From NCBI GenBank assembly GCA_016860985.1, contig BOKM01000001.1:317716-381715 (forward strand): 64,000 nucleotides of DNA. The letters are read 5' to 3'. A program made the translations under genes and the position numbers. The DNA comes from Patescibacteria group bacterium (GTDB lineage: Bacteria; Patescibacteriota; Dojkabacteria; GCA-002793355). Shown here one piece after another: positions 29,634 through 38,794 of the stretch; position 1 is the first letter of the stretch; every line of letters starts with the position of its first letter. Under the pieces are notes generated by a model. The model worked only from the letters and a program-made list of their open reading frames with translations, was not told where the DNA came from and did no database searches.

Positions 29634-30359
29634 CTACCTATGTATACGCAATCTGTTACCGTTTCCTTGCATCCCCTTTCCTTTTCCTTCCCACTCAATT
29701 ACTTCTGAAGCAGTAAACTCCCCCTCTCGTTCCTTTTGTCCAAGTACTTTTACAAAGGTCCCCGATGTAACAGTTGGTGTAAGTGCTTCAGGGGCAGCAA
29801 GGTTCACATTCCATATTTCGCCATACATATCACTTAAAACAAAACTGCTTTCAGAGTGTATTTTGGTGATTCGCCCCGCAATCCTTCCATCTTCAACACT
29901 CATCCATCGGCGGCCACGAGTATCCCCAAATTGTGAATATCCTGGAACAGTCGACAATAAGCCAACATTAACGATTCGTCCTATGCCATAAACGAACAAC
30001 CCTACACCTGCGATTAAGGAAATAGTTATAGCAAGGAGGAGCATTTTTAAGGTCTTCCAACGATAGCCGCCTTCAGAATGAACAAAATTGTGATACGCAA
30101 CAAAAAGAAAGATCAGAATTACAGCAAACCATAGATAGGGAATATTTGATGCAGTTCCGAGGATCCCAACTGGTTGTGCTCCTTCAAAAGGCGAAAACCA
30201 TACATGCAACATAACCGCGATTGAAATTATTCCCAAAATCGCACTGATTAGGGAAAGACTAAAGACAACACGGTTTCGTAAAAGGATTTTCCATTTGGGG
30301 ACTGGAACAATCTTCTGCTCCTTAATGTTTTGTAAAATTTTGCTACTGAGTTCGCTCAT
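29634..30359 (-). CDS. putative membrane anti-sigma factor
   Basis: Three TMs plus a C-terminal OB-like domain; overlaps the 3' end of the ECF sigma gene. Confidence 0.65.
   Translation of the reverse strand: MSELSSKILQNIKEQKIVPVPKWKILLRNRVVFSLSLISAILGIISIAVMLHVWFSPFEGAQPVGILGTASNIPYLWFAVILIFLFVAYHNFVHSEGGYRWKTLKMLLLAITISLIAGVGLFVYGIGRIVNVGLLSTVPGYSQFGDTRGRRWMSVEDGRIAGRITKIHSESSFVLSDMYGEIWNVNLAAPEALTPTVTSGTFVKVLGQKEREGEFTASEVIEWEGKGKGMQGNGNRLRIHR
29643..29671 (-). promoter_or_regulatory. putative ECF-sigma promoter (copy 2)
   Basis: TGCAA-N17-GCGTATA, same boxes and spacing as the copy upstream of the sigma gene. Confidence 0.6.
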
Positions 30360-30909
30360 GATGTAGCCCCTTTTTTAGTTTATTTTTTGCTCTATGTAAC
30401 AGCGAAGCGATTGAACCTTCGGGCATTTTTAAGATATTTGAAATCTCTGAATATTCTTTTTCTTCGCAATATCGTAAGACCAAAACTTCTCTTTCAAGTA
30501 CAGAGAGAGACTCCATCTCTTTTTTTACGCTCTCTAGCTCTAGTAATTTCGCAACTTGTGCTTCTACATCAAAATCACTTTCAATGTTTTCCCATTGATT
30601 TTCTTCCTCCTCGTTGTTTTGAAGTTCTACCGAGAATTTCTTACGGTTTCGTCTCAAAAAAGACATTGCTTTGTTATGTGCGATGGCATAAAGCCACGTA
30701 GAAAGTGAGTACGCTGGATTGTAACTATTGAGATAGCGATATGCTGCAATAAAGATTTCTTGTAAAAGATCTTCTCTATCTTCTTTCACCGCAAAAATGA
30801 TTCGTTGCAAATATGCATCTAATTGATACTCGAACTTTACAACGATTGCTCCAAAAGCATCGGCCGAAGCTAGTGCATTCTTAACCAATTCTCTGTCTGA
30901 CGGATTCAT
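30343..30909 (-). CDS. ECF-family RNA polymerase sigma factor
   Basis: EDLLQEIFI, STWLYAIAHN, REVLVLRY...YSEISNILKMPEGSIASLLHRAK. Confidence 0.93.
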   Translation of the reverse strand: MNPSDRELVKNALASADAFGAIVVKFEYQLDAYLQRIIFAVKEDREDLLQEIFIAAYRYLNSYNPAYSLSTWLYAIAHNKAMSFLRRNRKKFSVELQNNEEEENQWENIESDFDVEAQVAKLLELESVKKEMESLSVLEREVLVLRYCEEKEYSEISNILKMPEGSIASLLHRAKNKLKKGLHHERTQ

Positions 30910-30917
30910 CGTTTTAT

Positions 30918-30946
30918 TATACGCTTAAATGTAGCAAAAAATTGCA
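30918..30946 (-). promoter_or_regulatory. putative autoregulatory ECF-sigma promoter (copy 1)
   Basis: TGCAA-N17-GCGTATA, overlapping a TATAAT 6 nt before the sigma ATG. Confidence 0.6.
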
Positions 30947-30971
30947 ACATGAAATGTACGGTATAATACAT

Positions 30972-31532
30972 ATGCAGCTCATTTTAGTGCGGCATTCAAA
31001 AACCTTACAAGAAAAATCAAAGTCGAACCTTTTGTGGCAGCTTTCTTCCGAAGGCATACAACTTGCCGACGCATTGTCCCAGAACCAACTTATCAAAAAC
31101 ATAGAGTGCTTATACACAAGTGATCAAACAAAGGCGCTGCAAACCGCACTTTTGCTCGCAAAGGATAATTACATTCCGATAAAAATCTTCCCTCAGCTTA
31201 CAGAAGCGACCTCAATTACAAACGGGTACTTTGAAAACTACGAATCGCGAGTTACACAATGGCACAACACAAAAGAAGACCGCATTAACAATGGCGAAAC
31301 TGCAAAAGAGGCACTCGCACGTTTTAACGAAACAATCAAAAATATTGTAGAATCGTCACAGAGTATTTATCCCTGTATTGGTATTGTGAGTCACGCGAAT
31401 GTTTTATCGCTTTATACTGCACAATTCGAAGATAGGACTTCTTCAGAAATTCATTCACACATTCGAATGCCTGACATTGCTGTTCTAGACTGGGATGAAC
31501 ATAGATTAATTAAAAGATTTGGTTATGATTAA
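30972..31532 (+). CDS. histidine phosphatase (phosphoglycerate mutase-like) family protein
   Basis: LVRHS, YTSDQTKALQTA, NGET, IVSHAN; start moved to 30972 (TATAAT 4 nt upstream). Confidence 0.85.
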   Translation: MQLILVRHSKTLQEKSKSNLLWQLSSEGIQLADALSQNQLIKNIECLYTSDQTKALQTALLLAKDNYIPIKIFPQLTEATSITNGYFENYESRVTQWHNTKEDRINNGETAKEALARFNETIKNIVESSQSIYPCIGIVSHANVLSLYTAQFEDRTSSEIHSHIRMPDIAVLDWDEHRLIKRFGYD

Positions 31533-32130
31533 AGGAATATGCTTTGACCTTGATGGTGTATATTTCAAAAGCACTGGAATTAAAGGATTCGTTCAAGAAT
31601 TAACCAAGCTTTGCGGTGATGAGCAAAAAGCACTCCATGCAATGTTGTGGGATGAAGAAATTAATCAATTTAAGCAAGGAATATTATCCGAACAGGATTT
31701 TTGGAGCTACGTGAACACTTATCTTGGATTATCACTTACCGTTCCGGAATACGCTTCATTACTCGGTAAACATTACGAAATCGATTCGAATATTCAAAAA
31801 ATCGTGCAAAAAGTTAGAAAGCTCGGATACAAAACTCTAATTTGCTCAAACAACTACCCGACACGAATACGGATACTTCAAGAAAAGTTTGATTTTTTTA
31901 GCGACTTTGATGTTCGTATTTTCTCGTACGAAGTTGGCATTACAAAACCAGATATCAGAATTTTTAAAAAACTGATAGAAGCAAGCGGTTTGGAAGCAAA
32001 CGAGATAGTGTACGCAGATGACCAAGAAAACAAACTCACTGGAGCAAATGCGTTAGGCATCAACACAACACTCTATACGACTTTTGAGGCCTACCAGCAG
32101 TATCTTATCTCTCTAGGAGTGCTCTTATGA
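31525..32130 (+). CDS. HAD-superfamily phosphatase (YihX-like)
   Basis: FDLDGV, CSNN, KPD, ADD...GA. Confidence 0.88.
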   Translation: MIKGICFDLDGVYFKSTGIKGFVQELTKLCGDEQKALHAMLWDEEINQFKQGILSEQDFWSYVNTYLGLSLTVPEYASLLGKHYEIDSNIQKIVQKVRKLGYKTLICSNNYPTRIRILQEKFDFFSDFDVRIFSYEVGITKPDIRIFKKLIEASGLEANEIVYADDQENKLTGANALGINTTLYTTFEAYQQYLISLGVLL

Positions 32131-32729
32131 AGCCGTTGTTAACTATCTTAACTCCTGGGTACGCACATCAGGGGAACGGCGATACTTACGTTGCTTCGCC
32201 GACCTGTTCACTTTTGCAATATAATGACAAGAATTACATTATCGACCCTGCTTGCAACCCCGAACTACTTCTCAGCGCACTTACTAAACATTCGCTGGCT
32301 ACAAACGATATTCACGCAATCTTTTTGACCCATTATCATCTTGATCACTTGCTCAACATCCGACTTTTCCCGCACACTCCGCTGTACGACGGCTCAATGA
32401 AATGGGATAGCGATAATGAAACTCCCTATACTGACTATTGGCTCACCCCCGAATTTAAGGTATTGCATACACCAGGTCATGCAAGTGAGCAATATTCATT
32501 GTTAGTCGATACTGAAAATTACGGATTAGTATGTATCGCACAAGATGTATTTTGGTGGGAAGATGGAAAACAGCGTTCAGATACGGTTTCCGACCTGCTT
32601 GACTTGGTAGACCCGTTTGCTGCAAATACCACCGAGTTAAGAGCCTCACGACAACTCGTTTTAGAAAGTGGCGCCACATGGATAATTCCCGGTCACGGAA
32701 CTATATTCAAAAATCCATATAATGGTTAG
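32127..32729 (+). CDS. metallo-beta-lactamase fold hydrolase
   Basis: THYHLDH, TPGH, QD, IPGHG. Confidence 0.88.
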   Translation: MKPLLTILTPGYAHQGNGDTYVASPTCSLLQYNDKNYIIDPACNPELLLSALTKHSLATNDIHAIFLTHYHLDHLLNIRLFPHTPLYDGSMKWDSDNETPYTDYWLTPEFKVLHTPGHASEQYSLLVDTENYGLVCIAQDVFWWEDGKQRSDTVSDLLDLVDPFAANTTELRASRQLVLESGATWIIPGHGTIFKNPYNG

Positions 32730-33063
32730 TCGGTTTGGTGGCGAACTGAGGTTTGAAAGTGATTACTTTCCAGAAACTGTTGCTGCTGGAATAGAAAACG
32801 AGCTAAGAGATGCACTTGAATCAATTGCTGCTGAAGGAGCGAATGCGAGTGCTGCATACCAAGGGAAACAAAATTACCTGGCAATTGGCGAGGTTGGAAG
32901 ATTAAAAGATGAACATGTTGGAAAAGAAATGAAAGTCATTTCACAAGTTGTCGGAGAAGCCCTAGATTGCGCACCAAGCAGTGTACGAGTCTCTTTTACA
33001 GACGACGTTTGGGTATTATCCGTTCATCTCACGCGTTACACGATAGAACCTAAGACGGACTAG
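32722..33063 (+). CDS. hypothetical protein
   Basis: 113-aa ORF coupled to the upstream operon. Confidence 0.5.
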   Translation: MVSRFGGELRFESDYFPETVAAGIENELRDALESIAAEGANASAAYQGKQNYLAIGEVGRLKDEHVGKEMKVISQVVGEALDCAPSSVRVSFTDDVWVLSVHLTRYTIEPKTD

Positions 33064-33955
33064 ACATCAACAGCTTTATCCATTCTTTTCGAAGGCGCAA
33101 GGCTTGCAGTTTGTTTCCAGAAAGTCCAAATTGCTCTAAAATTTCCCGCGTTTTCATATTTTTAGCCTGAACAAAGGTTAGACCCTGCTTAATACTTGGA
33201 ACAGTGATAAAGGCATATTTTTGCTCGCACTCTCCTAACAGTTTTTGGAATTCAGCTTGATATTGTTGAAAGATTTCTGCCCCATTCCATAACTCGAGCT
33301 GACCAATTACCCATGACTCGCCCTCCACCTCGAGGATTTTCAAATCTCTTTTGACTGCCGAAATTGGGTCATTTAAAATGCCTTGCTGCAATGATTCAAA
33401 GTACGTTTCGTGCCAATTTTGATCGAGATTAGCAAGAGGAGACAGTAGCTCCAGCGCTTTAATATCTCTCTCAGTGGTAACCGAAGCTTTCAGATTAAGA
33501 GAATTTGCAAATATCGCAGTGTATAACAACCGAAGGCTCGACAATTCTATCGAAGCAAGAAGATTCTTTTGCACTGCCTCCTCTACAATAAAGGTCGCGC
33601 AAGCACCCATCTTTTCAACATGAGCATTTTCCCCCAACTTCTCATTCCAGTACTTTTCAAATCCAAAATGATGATCGTATACCGCAATCACCTTATCTTC
33701 ATTAACAAACTGTGCAAAATATTCTTTTTCAGAAATGTCTTGCAGAACAAACTTATCTTCTGGTTGTTCGGAATACTCGGTCTCAAACGCACCGCCCCAA
33801 GCTTTAACTTCGGGAATAATTGACTCATTTAATACACCAGGAAGAATGGCGACCGCTTCTTTTCCCTCTTTTCTCAATAAGTCTGCATACGCAATACAAC
33901 AGGCGTAGCCATCCAATTCAGTATAACTTTTGCCAGTAGTTACAATTATCCTCAT
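33050..33955 (-). CDS. DHH-family (family II-like) Mn-dependent inorganic pyrophosphatase/exopolyphosphatase
   Basis: ELDGYACCIAY, YDHH, GACATFI, RDLK...IGQLE; start 33955 (TACAAT 5 nt upstream). Confidence 0.75.
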   Translation of the reverse strand: MRIIVTTGKSYTELDGYACCIAYADLLRKEGKEAVAILPGVLNESIIPEVKAWGGAFETEYSEQPEDKFVLQDISEKEYFAQFVNEDKVIAVYDHHFGFEKYWNEKLGENAHVEKMGACATFIVEEAVQKNLLASIELSSLRLLYTAIFANSLNLKASVTTERDIKALELLSPLANLDQNWHETYFESLQQGILNDPISAVKRDLKILEVEGESWVIGQLELWNGAEIFQQYQAEFQKLLGECEQKYAFITVPSIKQGLTFVQAKNMKTREILEQFGLSGNKLQALRLRKEWIKLLMSSPS

Positions 33956-33978
33956 GAACGATTGTAGCACTTGGCGAA

Positions 33979-34215
33979 TTAGACTGTGATATCTACAGTC
34001 ATTGCCCTAAAGGGATTCCCAGTATAAATGCGAATACTCGAGTGGTCTGCTGGGAGCTTGTCTTCGGGCTGTACGTACATTCTTTTTACGATTTCGTCTC
34101 CCTCAACAATTATTGGCTCATCTTCGTTGAAAGTTTGACTCCCGGGGATGTAAGAAAACTGCCCATCTACCTGGGTTTCTCGTTTCTTTCGTTTGAATAA
34201 GTCAAACAACCACAT
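33979..34215 (-). CDS. small hypothetical protein
   Basis: 78 aa, TGcTATCAT 6 nt before ATG. Confidence 0.5.
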   Translation of the reverse strand: MWLFDLFKRKKRETQVDGQFSYIPGSQTFNEDEPIIVEGDEIVKRMYVQPEDKLPADHSSIRIYTGNPFRAMTVDITV

Positions 34216-34248
34216 AGTAACATGATAGCAGAATTACAAATGGGTTTG

Positions 34249-34278
34249 GTAAGCGGCCCCCGTGCGGGGGCCGCTTAC
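34249..34278 (-). terminator. strong stem-loop downstream of dnaK
   Basis: Perfect 13-bp inverted repeat GTAAGCGGCCCCC-GTGC-GGGGGCCGCTTAC, 7 nt after the dnaK stop; no U-tract. Confidence 0.65.
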
Positions 34279-34285
34279 TCTTAAA

Positions 34286-36184
34286 CTACTGAACGACTTC
34301 GCCTTCTACTGGACCTTGTTTTGGCTCTTCTGGCTTTGCTTCTTCAGTTGGTTGGCTTTCGGTTGGTGCGCTTGCTTTGTAAGCTCGTTCACCAATTTCT
34401 TGCAGTGTTTTGCTCAGGTCTTCAGCTTTAGTTTTTAGTTCTTCTTTGTCGAGCTGAGCAACGTCTTTTGCCAACAATTCCCGAACTTCTTTGACTTTCT
34501 CCTCGACCTTCTTTTTGTCGTCTTCCGTGACCTTATCTTTAAGGTCGTTCATCGTTTTTTCTGCAATGAAGGTAAGGGAGTCTGCGTTGTTGCGAATTTC
34601 AGCCACTTCTTTTCGCTGCTTATCATCTTCTGCATGCTTCTCTGCTTCTTCGACAAGCTTTGTTACTTCATCGTCTGAAAGACCGGTAGAAGCGGTAATT
34701 GTAACTTTCTGCTCTTTACCAGTAGCGGTATCTTTTGCGCTTACGTTCAAAATACCGTTTGCATCGATTTTATACATAATCTCAATCTGTGGTACTCCTC
34801 TAGGAGCAGGTGGAATACCATCAAGTATAAACTTTGCGAGTGTTTTGTTATCGGGTGCCATTGGGCGTTCACCTTGAAGAACATGCACTTCTGCCGATGG
34901 TTGATTGTCTGATGCTGTAGTAAAAGTTTGCTTCTTTTCCGTTGGAATTGTAGTGTTTCGCGGAATAAGTACCGTCATAACTCCACCCATTGTTTCAATT
35001 CCGAGGGAGAGCGGTGTGACATCAAGTAATGTAATGTCGGTTACTTCGCCCTTTAACACGCCAGCTTGAACTGCTGCTCCAAGAGCAACAACTTCGTCTG
35101 GGTTTACATCTTGCTTTGGTTCCTTACCAAAAATCTTGGTTACTTTTTCTCTGATTGCGGGCATTCGGGTCATACCACCAACAAGAATCACTTCGTCGAT
35201 ATCCGACGTACTTAACTTTGCGTCTGAAAGTGCTTTTTTACAAGGAGCTTCAACGCGTTCAATAAGCTCATTCGTTAATTTTTCTAACTCTGAACGAGTC
35301 ATTTTGCGCATGAGATGCTTTGGACCTTCTTTTGTAGCGGTTATGTATGGAATATTGATGTTGGTTTCTTGCGCTTGCGAAAGTTCAATCTTTGCTTTTT
35401 CGGCTGCTTCTTTAAGTCTTTGCAAGGCAGCGCTATCATCTTTCAAATCAATACCCTCTTTATCTTTAAACTCCTTTGCGAGCATATCGATGAGTAACTG
35501 ATCCCAGTCGTCTCCACCAAGATGAGTGTCACCATTAGTCGAAAGTACCTCAAATACGCCATCTCCGACTTCGAGAATAGACACGTCAAACGTTCCACCT
35601 CCAAGGTCAAATACAACTATTTTTCCATCTTTCTTTTTATCAATTCCATAGGCAAGTGCTGCAGCAGTTGGCTCATTTACAATTCGAAGGACGTTAAGCC
35701 CTGCAATCTTTCCTGCGTCTTTTGTTGCTTGTCGTTGTGAGTCGTCAAAGTATGCTGGAACGGTAATAACTGCTTCGGTCACTTTTTCTCCAAAATAGTT
35801 TTCGGCATCTTGTTTCATTTTCTGCAATACGCGTGCGGAGATTTCTTGTGGTTTGTACCACTTGTCATTCATTTTTAACTCTACTCCCCCGTGCTTGTCT
35901 TCTCGCATTTCGAATGGAAAGAGTTTGATATCTCGCTGAACTTCTTCATCCTTCCAACGTCGTCCAATAAGTCGCTTAATTGAATAAATTGTGTTCTTTG
36001 GGTTTAAAACTGCCTGGTTTTTTGCGGTAACTCCAACAATTGACTCATGGTCATTCCCTTCTGCTACAACCGAAGGAGTGAGGTTAGAGCCTTGTTGGTT
36101 TGGTATCACCCGAGGAGTACCACCCTGCATAACGGCCATTACGGAGTTTGTTGTTCCGAGGTCAATTCCTAATATTTTTCCCAT
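34286..36184 (-). CDS. dnaK: chaperone DnaK
   Basis: [44 protein letters not shown]. Confidence 0.99.
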   Translation of the reverse strand: MGKILGIDLGTTNSVMAVMQGGTPRVIPNQQGSNLTPSVVAEGNDHESIVGVTAKNQAVLNPKNTIYSIKRLIGRRWKDEEVQRDIKLFPFEMREDKHGGVELKMNDKWYKPQEISARVLQKMKQDAENYFGEKVTEAVITVPAYFDDSQRQATKDAGKIAGLNVLRIVNEPTAAALAYGIDKKKDGKIVVFDLGGGTFDVSILEVGDGVFEVLSTNGDTHLGGDDWDQLLIDMLAKEFKDKEGIDLKDDSAALQRLKEAAEKAKIELSQAQETNINIPYITATKEGPKHLMRKMTRSELEKLTNELIERVEAPCKKALSDAKLSTSDIDEVILVGGMTRMPAIREKVTKIFGKEPKQDVNPDEVVALGAAVQAGVLKGEVTDITLLDVTPLSLGIETMGGVMTVLIPRNTTIPTEKKQTFTTASDNQPSAEVHVLQGERPMAPDNKTLAKFILDGIPPAPRGVPQIEIMYKIDANGILNVSAKDTATGKEQKVTITASTGLSDDEVTKLVEEAEKHAEDDKQRKEVAEIRNNADSLTFIAEKTMNDLKDKVTEDDKKKVEEKVKEVRELLAKDVAQLDKEELKTKAEDLSKTLQEIGERAYKASAPTESQPTEEAKPEEPKQGPVEGEVVQ

Positions 36185-36201
36185 ATTTTTATAATAATAA
36201 A

Positions 36202-36684
36202 TTATGCTGTTTTTCTATAAATCATGACGCGTGCTGGTTTAATAAGCACATCGCCAATACGGTAGCCAGGCTGAATTGTCTGAGCCACTTTGTTGTCATA
36301 TGTTTCGTGATTAACAATACCAAGTACTTCGGCATGCTTTGCCTCATACTCACTCCCTTCTTCAAAGGAAATTTCTGTTACTCCATGATTTTTGAGTAAG
36401 TCTTTATACTTTGACATAATATGAAGAATCCCGTGAATATGACTTTCTTCCTTCAAATTTGTTGGTAATTGTTCAACTGCAAAGAACAAGTCAGAAAAAA
36501 TTTCGATAAGATCGTTAAAAACATGTTTTTTAAGCATTGATTCCCGTAAATCTTGCTGCTTTTCAATTTCTTTTCTTATATTTTGATAATCTGCCAAAGC
36601 AGTTTTGAGTTTTGTGTCGAGATCGGTTACTTGCTCGGAGAGCTGTTCCACTTTGATTTGCAGTTCTTCTTGTTGTTTTTTCAT
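36202..36684 (-). CDS. grpE: nucleotide exchange factor GrpE
   Basis: [24 protein letters not shown]; start 36684 (MKKQQ) directly after the CIRCE. Confidence 0.9.
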   Translation of the reverse strand: MKKQQEELQIKVEQLSEQVTDLDTKLKTALADYQNIRKEIEKQQDLRESMLKKHVFNDLIEIFSDLFFAVEQLPTNLKEESHIHGILHIMSKYKDLLKNHGVTEISFEEGSEYEAKHAEVLGIVNHETYDNKVAQTIQPGYRIGDVLIKPARVMIYRKTA

Positions 36685-36686
36685 TT

Positions 36687-36713
36687 CTAGCAGTCGCAAT
36701 ATAAGACTGCTAA
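36687..36713 (-). promoter_or_regulatory. CIRCE-like HrcA operator
   Basis: TTAGCAGTC-N9-GACTGCTAG versus consensus TTAGCACTC-N9-GAGTGCTAA, between the promoter and grpE. Confidence 0.85.
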
Positions 36714-36714
36714 T

Positions 36715-36742
36715 AGGATAGCACAAAAAAAGATTGTGTCAA
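36715..36742 (-). promoter_or_regulatory. sigma70-type promoter of grpE-dnaK
   Basis: TTGACA-N16-TATCCT with extended TG. Confidence 0.7.
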
Positions 36743-36772
36743 GATTTCGTGAGCTCTCAAATACAATTCTCT

Positions 36773-37315
36773 CTATTTTACCGAGCTCACTTTTGATGCT
36801 GGGATATTAAATCCACCAATTTCAAAAACGTCGACTCCAAGGACATACCCTTTGTTCAAGTCTCCGGTTGCACTATTAAACTCAAGGACCGTTCGGTCAA
36901 TAGCACGCTGAGCTTCACCTTCAGTAGCAAGACTGGCTACAGAAAGCGAAACATTTCCATCACTTTTTTCAAGAATGCCCACCTGAACTTCTTTACCGTC
37001 GATATCCTTTAGCACTGCAGTGGTAACTCGCGCTTGCAGTGTTGGACCATAAAGATTCTCACGAAGTGCACGAACTTGAATCTCACTTTCAATTTGCGGT
37101 GCTTTACCTAATTGACATAATTCTATTATTACTGCGTTAATCAATTTTAAGTCATGTTGCTGTTGAGAATCGAGCTCAAGCTCATTTGCCTTTTGTTGTT
37201 CAGCTATAGAAAGTTTATTCCACATTGAAAGAAATACACCTCGTACTTCTGCAATTTCAGCATTCCTAACCGCTGGCTCATACGACTCAATTCTTTTTGG
37301 TAGCGCTTTAATCAT
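36773..37315 (-). CDS. hypothetical protein (orphan)
   Basis: 180-aa ORF, soluble. Confidence 0.6.
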   Translation of the reverse strand: MIKALPKRIESYEPAVRNAEIAEVRGVFLSMWNKLSIAEQQKANELELDSQQQHDLKLINAVIIELCQLGKAPQIESEIQVRALRENLYGPTLQARVTTAVLKDIDGKEVQVGILEKSDGNVSLSVASLATEGEAQRAIDRTVLEFNSATGDLNKGYVLGVDVFEIGGFNIPASKVSSVK

Positions 37316-37326
37316 TTGATTTCTAA

Positions 37327-38763
37327 TTAACTTAATTGAGAAAGTAATTTATTTTTTAAAAACAGTGATTTTTCTTCAAATCGCCCTGTGCCCGATTTCA
37401 ATTCAAATCTTATAGAAATTCGCTCAGCCACACCATCTCCTTTCTGGTCTAAAGTTGTTAGCACAACATCAACAGTGTTTCCCACTAATCCGTTGGGACC
37501 TGGGTTCTCAATAAACTCTACGCGATAACCAGGAATTTTATTTCTTCCTTTTTTCTTAGGTCCTCCAACATCCTTAAGCGAACAAATCTGTGCGTCTTCC
37601 TCAGGGTAATGCTCTACAACTGAAACTAAAGATTGAGTATCAGGCGAATTACTAACAATCTTTCGTGGAGTATGCGTAAAAAATGCACTTTTGCGATTTT
37701 CAGGAATCGTTGAGAGAAGTGCATGAAATGCGTCAAGAATATAGCCGTATGGAGTCTGGTCTTCAGCAACATTTCCTTTTTGTGCAACTTGATTACCGAT
37801 TTCGAGTATTCTTCCGTACATCTTGCCCACCTGTTCTTTGTGTGAGTCAACTTTTAATTTTCTAAGTGTATTTCCAGCAAGATATGGTTCGATAATTTTT
37901 CCAGTTTTTGACTTTAGGTCAAACTGAATACTGACCAAGCGAAGACTTGTTCTCTGATATTTCTCGTCCAATCTGTACGCATTTACTTGACACATTCCAT
38001 CGTTATTTCGTTCAATAACTTCATATTCGACAAAGTTATCACGAAATTTATTACGAGAAACACGAGTTTCGCCATCGACTTCATCAAAAGCATCAATAAA
38101 GTTACGCATTTTTACCATGTATCGCAACGCTTCTGCGATATCTGAATAAACAGATACATGCATTCCGGGGCCGTATTTTTTCAAAAACTCTTCTGATTCC
38201 TCTTCAATAGCTTTTCGGTCCAATATATTGGAGACAATACTCATAGTTTTTACATGCGTAGCATGTGGATCGACTTCCTCACTATGAGGTTCCGTTACAA
38301 AAACCACAAGATTGTCACTCGCCGTACTAACTGCATATGCAGTACCTGTTGAGGGAGCAGCTGTCAGCGAAAAGATTTTCACTCCAAATGAATCAACCCC
38401 TCGTTCTAATTCTTGTTCAAGTGATTGACCAGTAACATCATGTGCAACAACTGCATATTCCTTCTCGGTATCTTCGAATATATCAAACCTGTAGTCGTGC
38501 CCCTCAACGTGTGTAAAAAAAGTTGTTCTTCGATATCCCCTCCTTGGAACTTTCTTAGTTAACAGCACTTTTGGACTAATCTCATCGGGAGCAGCTAACA
38601 AGCGGTTAAATCCCTGCCTAAAGGATACGAGCGCAGTTTGAGTAATTGAATCTGTTGCACTTACATGGGTAACGGCCTCTTCTAATGCTAAAAACCTATG
38701 AACAGTCGCAATATCCAACATTGTTTCTCCATCCGAAACATTCGGCTGGGGCATATTTAGCAT
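37327..38763 (-). CDS. hypothetical protein (orphan)
   Basis: 478-aa ORF, soluble; TATAAT 5 nt before ATG. Confidence 0.7.
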   Translation of the reverse strand: MLNMPQPNVSDGETMLDIATVHRFLALEEAVTHVSATDSITQTALVSFRQGFNRLLAAPDEISPKVLLTKKVPRRGYRRTTFFTHVEGHDYRFDIFEDTEKEYAVVAHDVTGQSLEQELERGVDSFGVKIFSLTAAPSTGTAYAVSTASDNLVVFVTEPHSEEVDPHATHVKTMSIVSNILDRKAIEEESEEFLKKYGPGMHVSVYSDIAEALRYMVKMRNFIDAFDEVDGETRVSRNKFRDNFVEYEVIERNNDGMCQVNAYRLDEKYQRTSLRLVSIQFDLKSKTGKIIEPYLAGNTLRKLKVDSHKEQVGKMYGRILEIGNQVAQKGNVAEDQTPYGYILDAFHALLSTIPENRKSAFFTHTPRKIVSNSPDTQSLVSVVEHYPEEDAQICSLKDVGGPKKKGRNKIPGYRVEFIENPGPNGLVGNTVDVVLTTLDQKGDGVAERISIRFELKSGTGRFEEKSLFLKNKLLSQLS

Positions 38764-38794
38764 TCAGAATTATACCATTTTAGCCCTATAGCAA

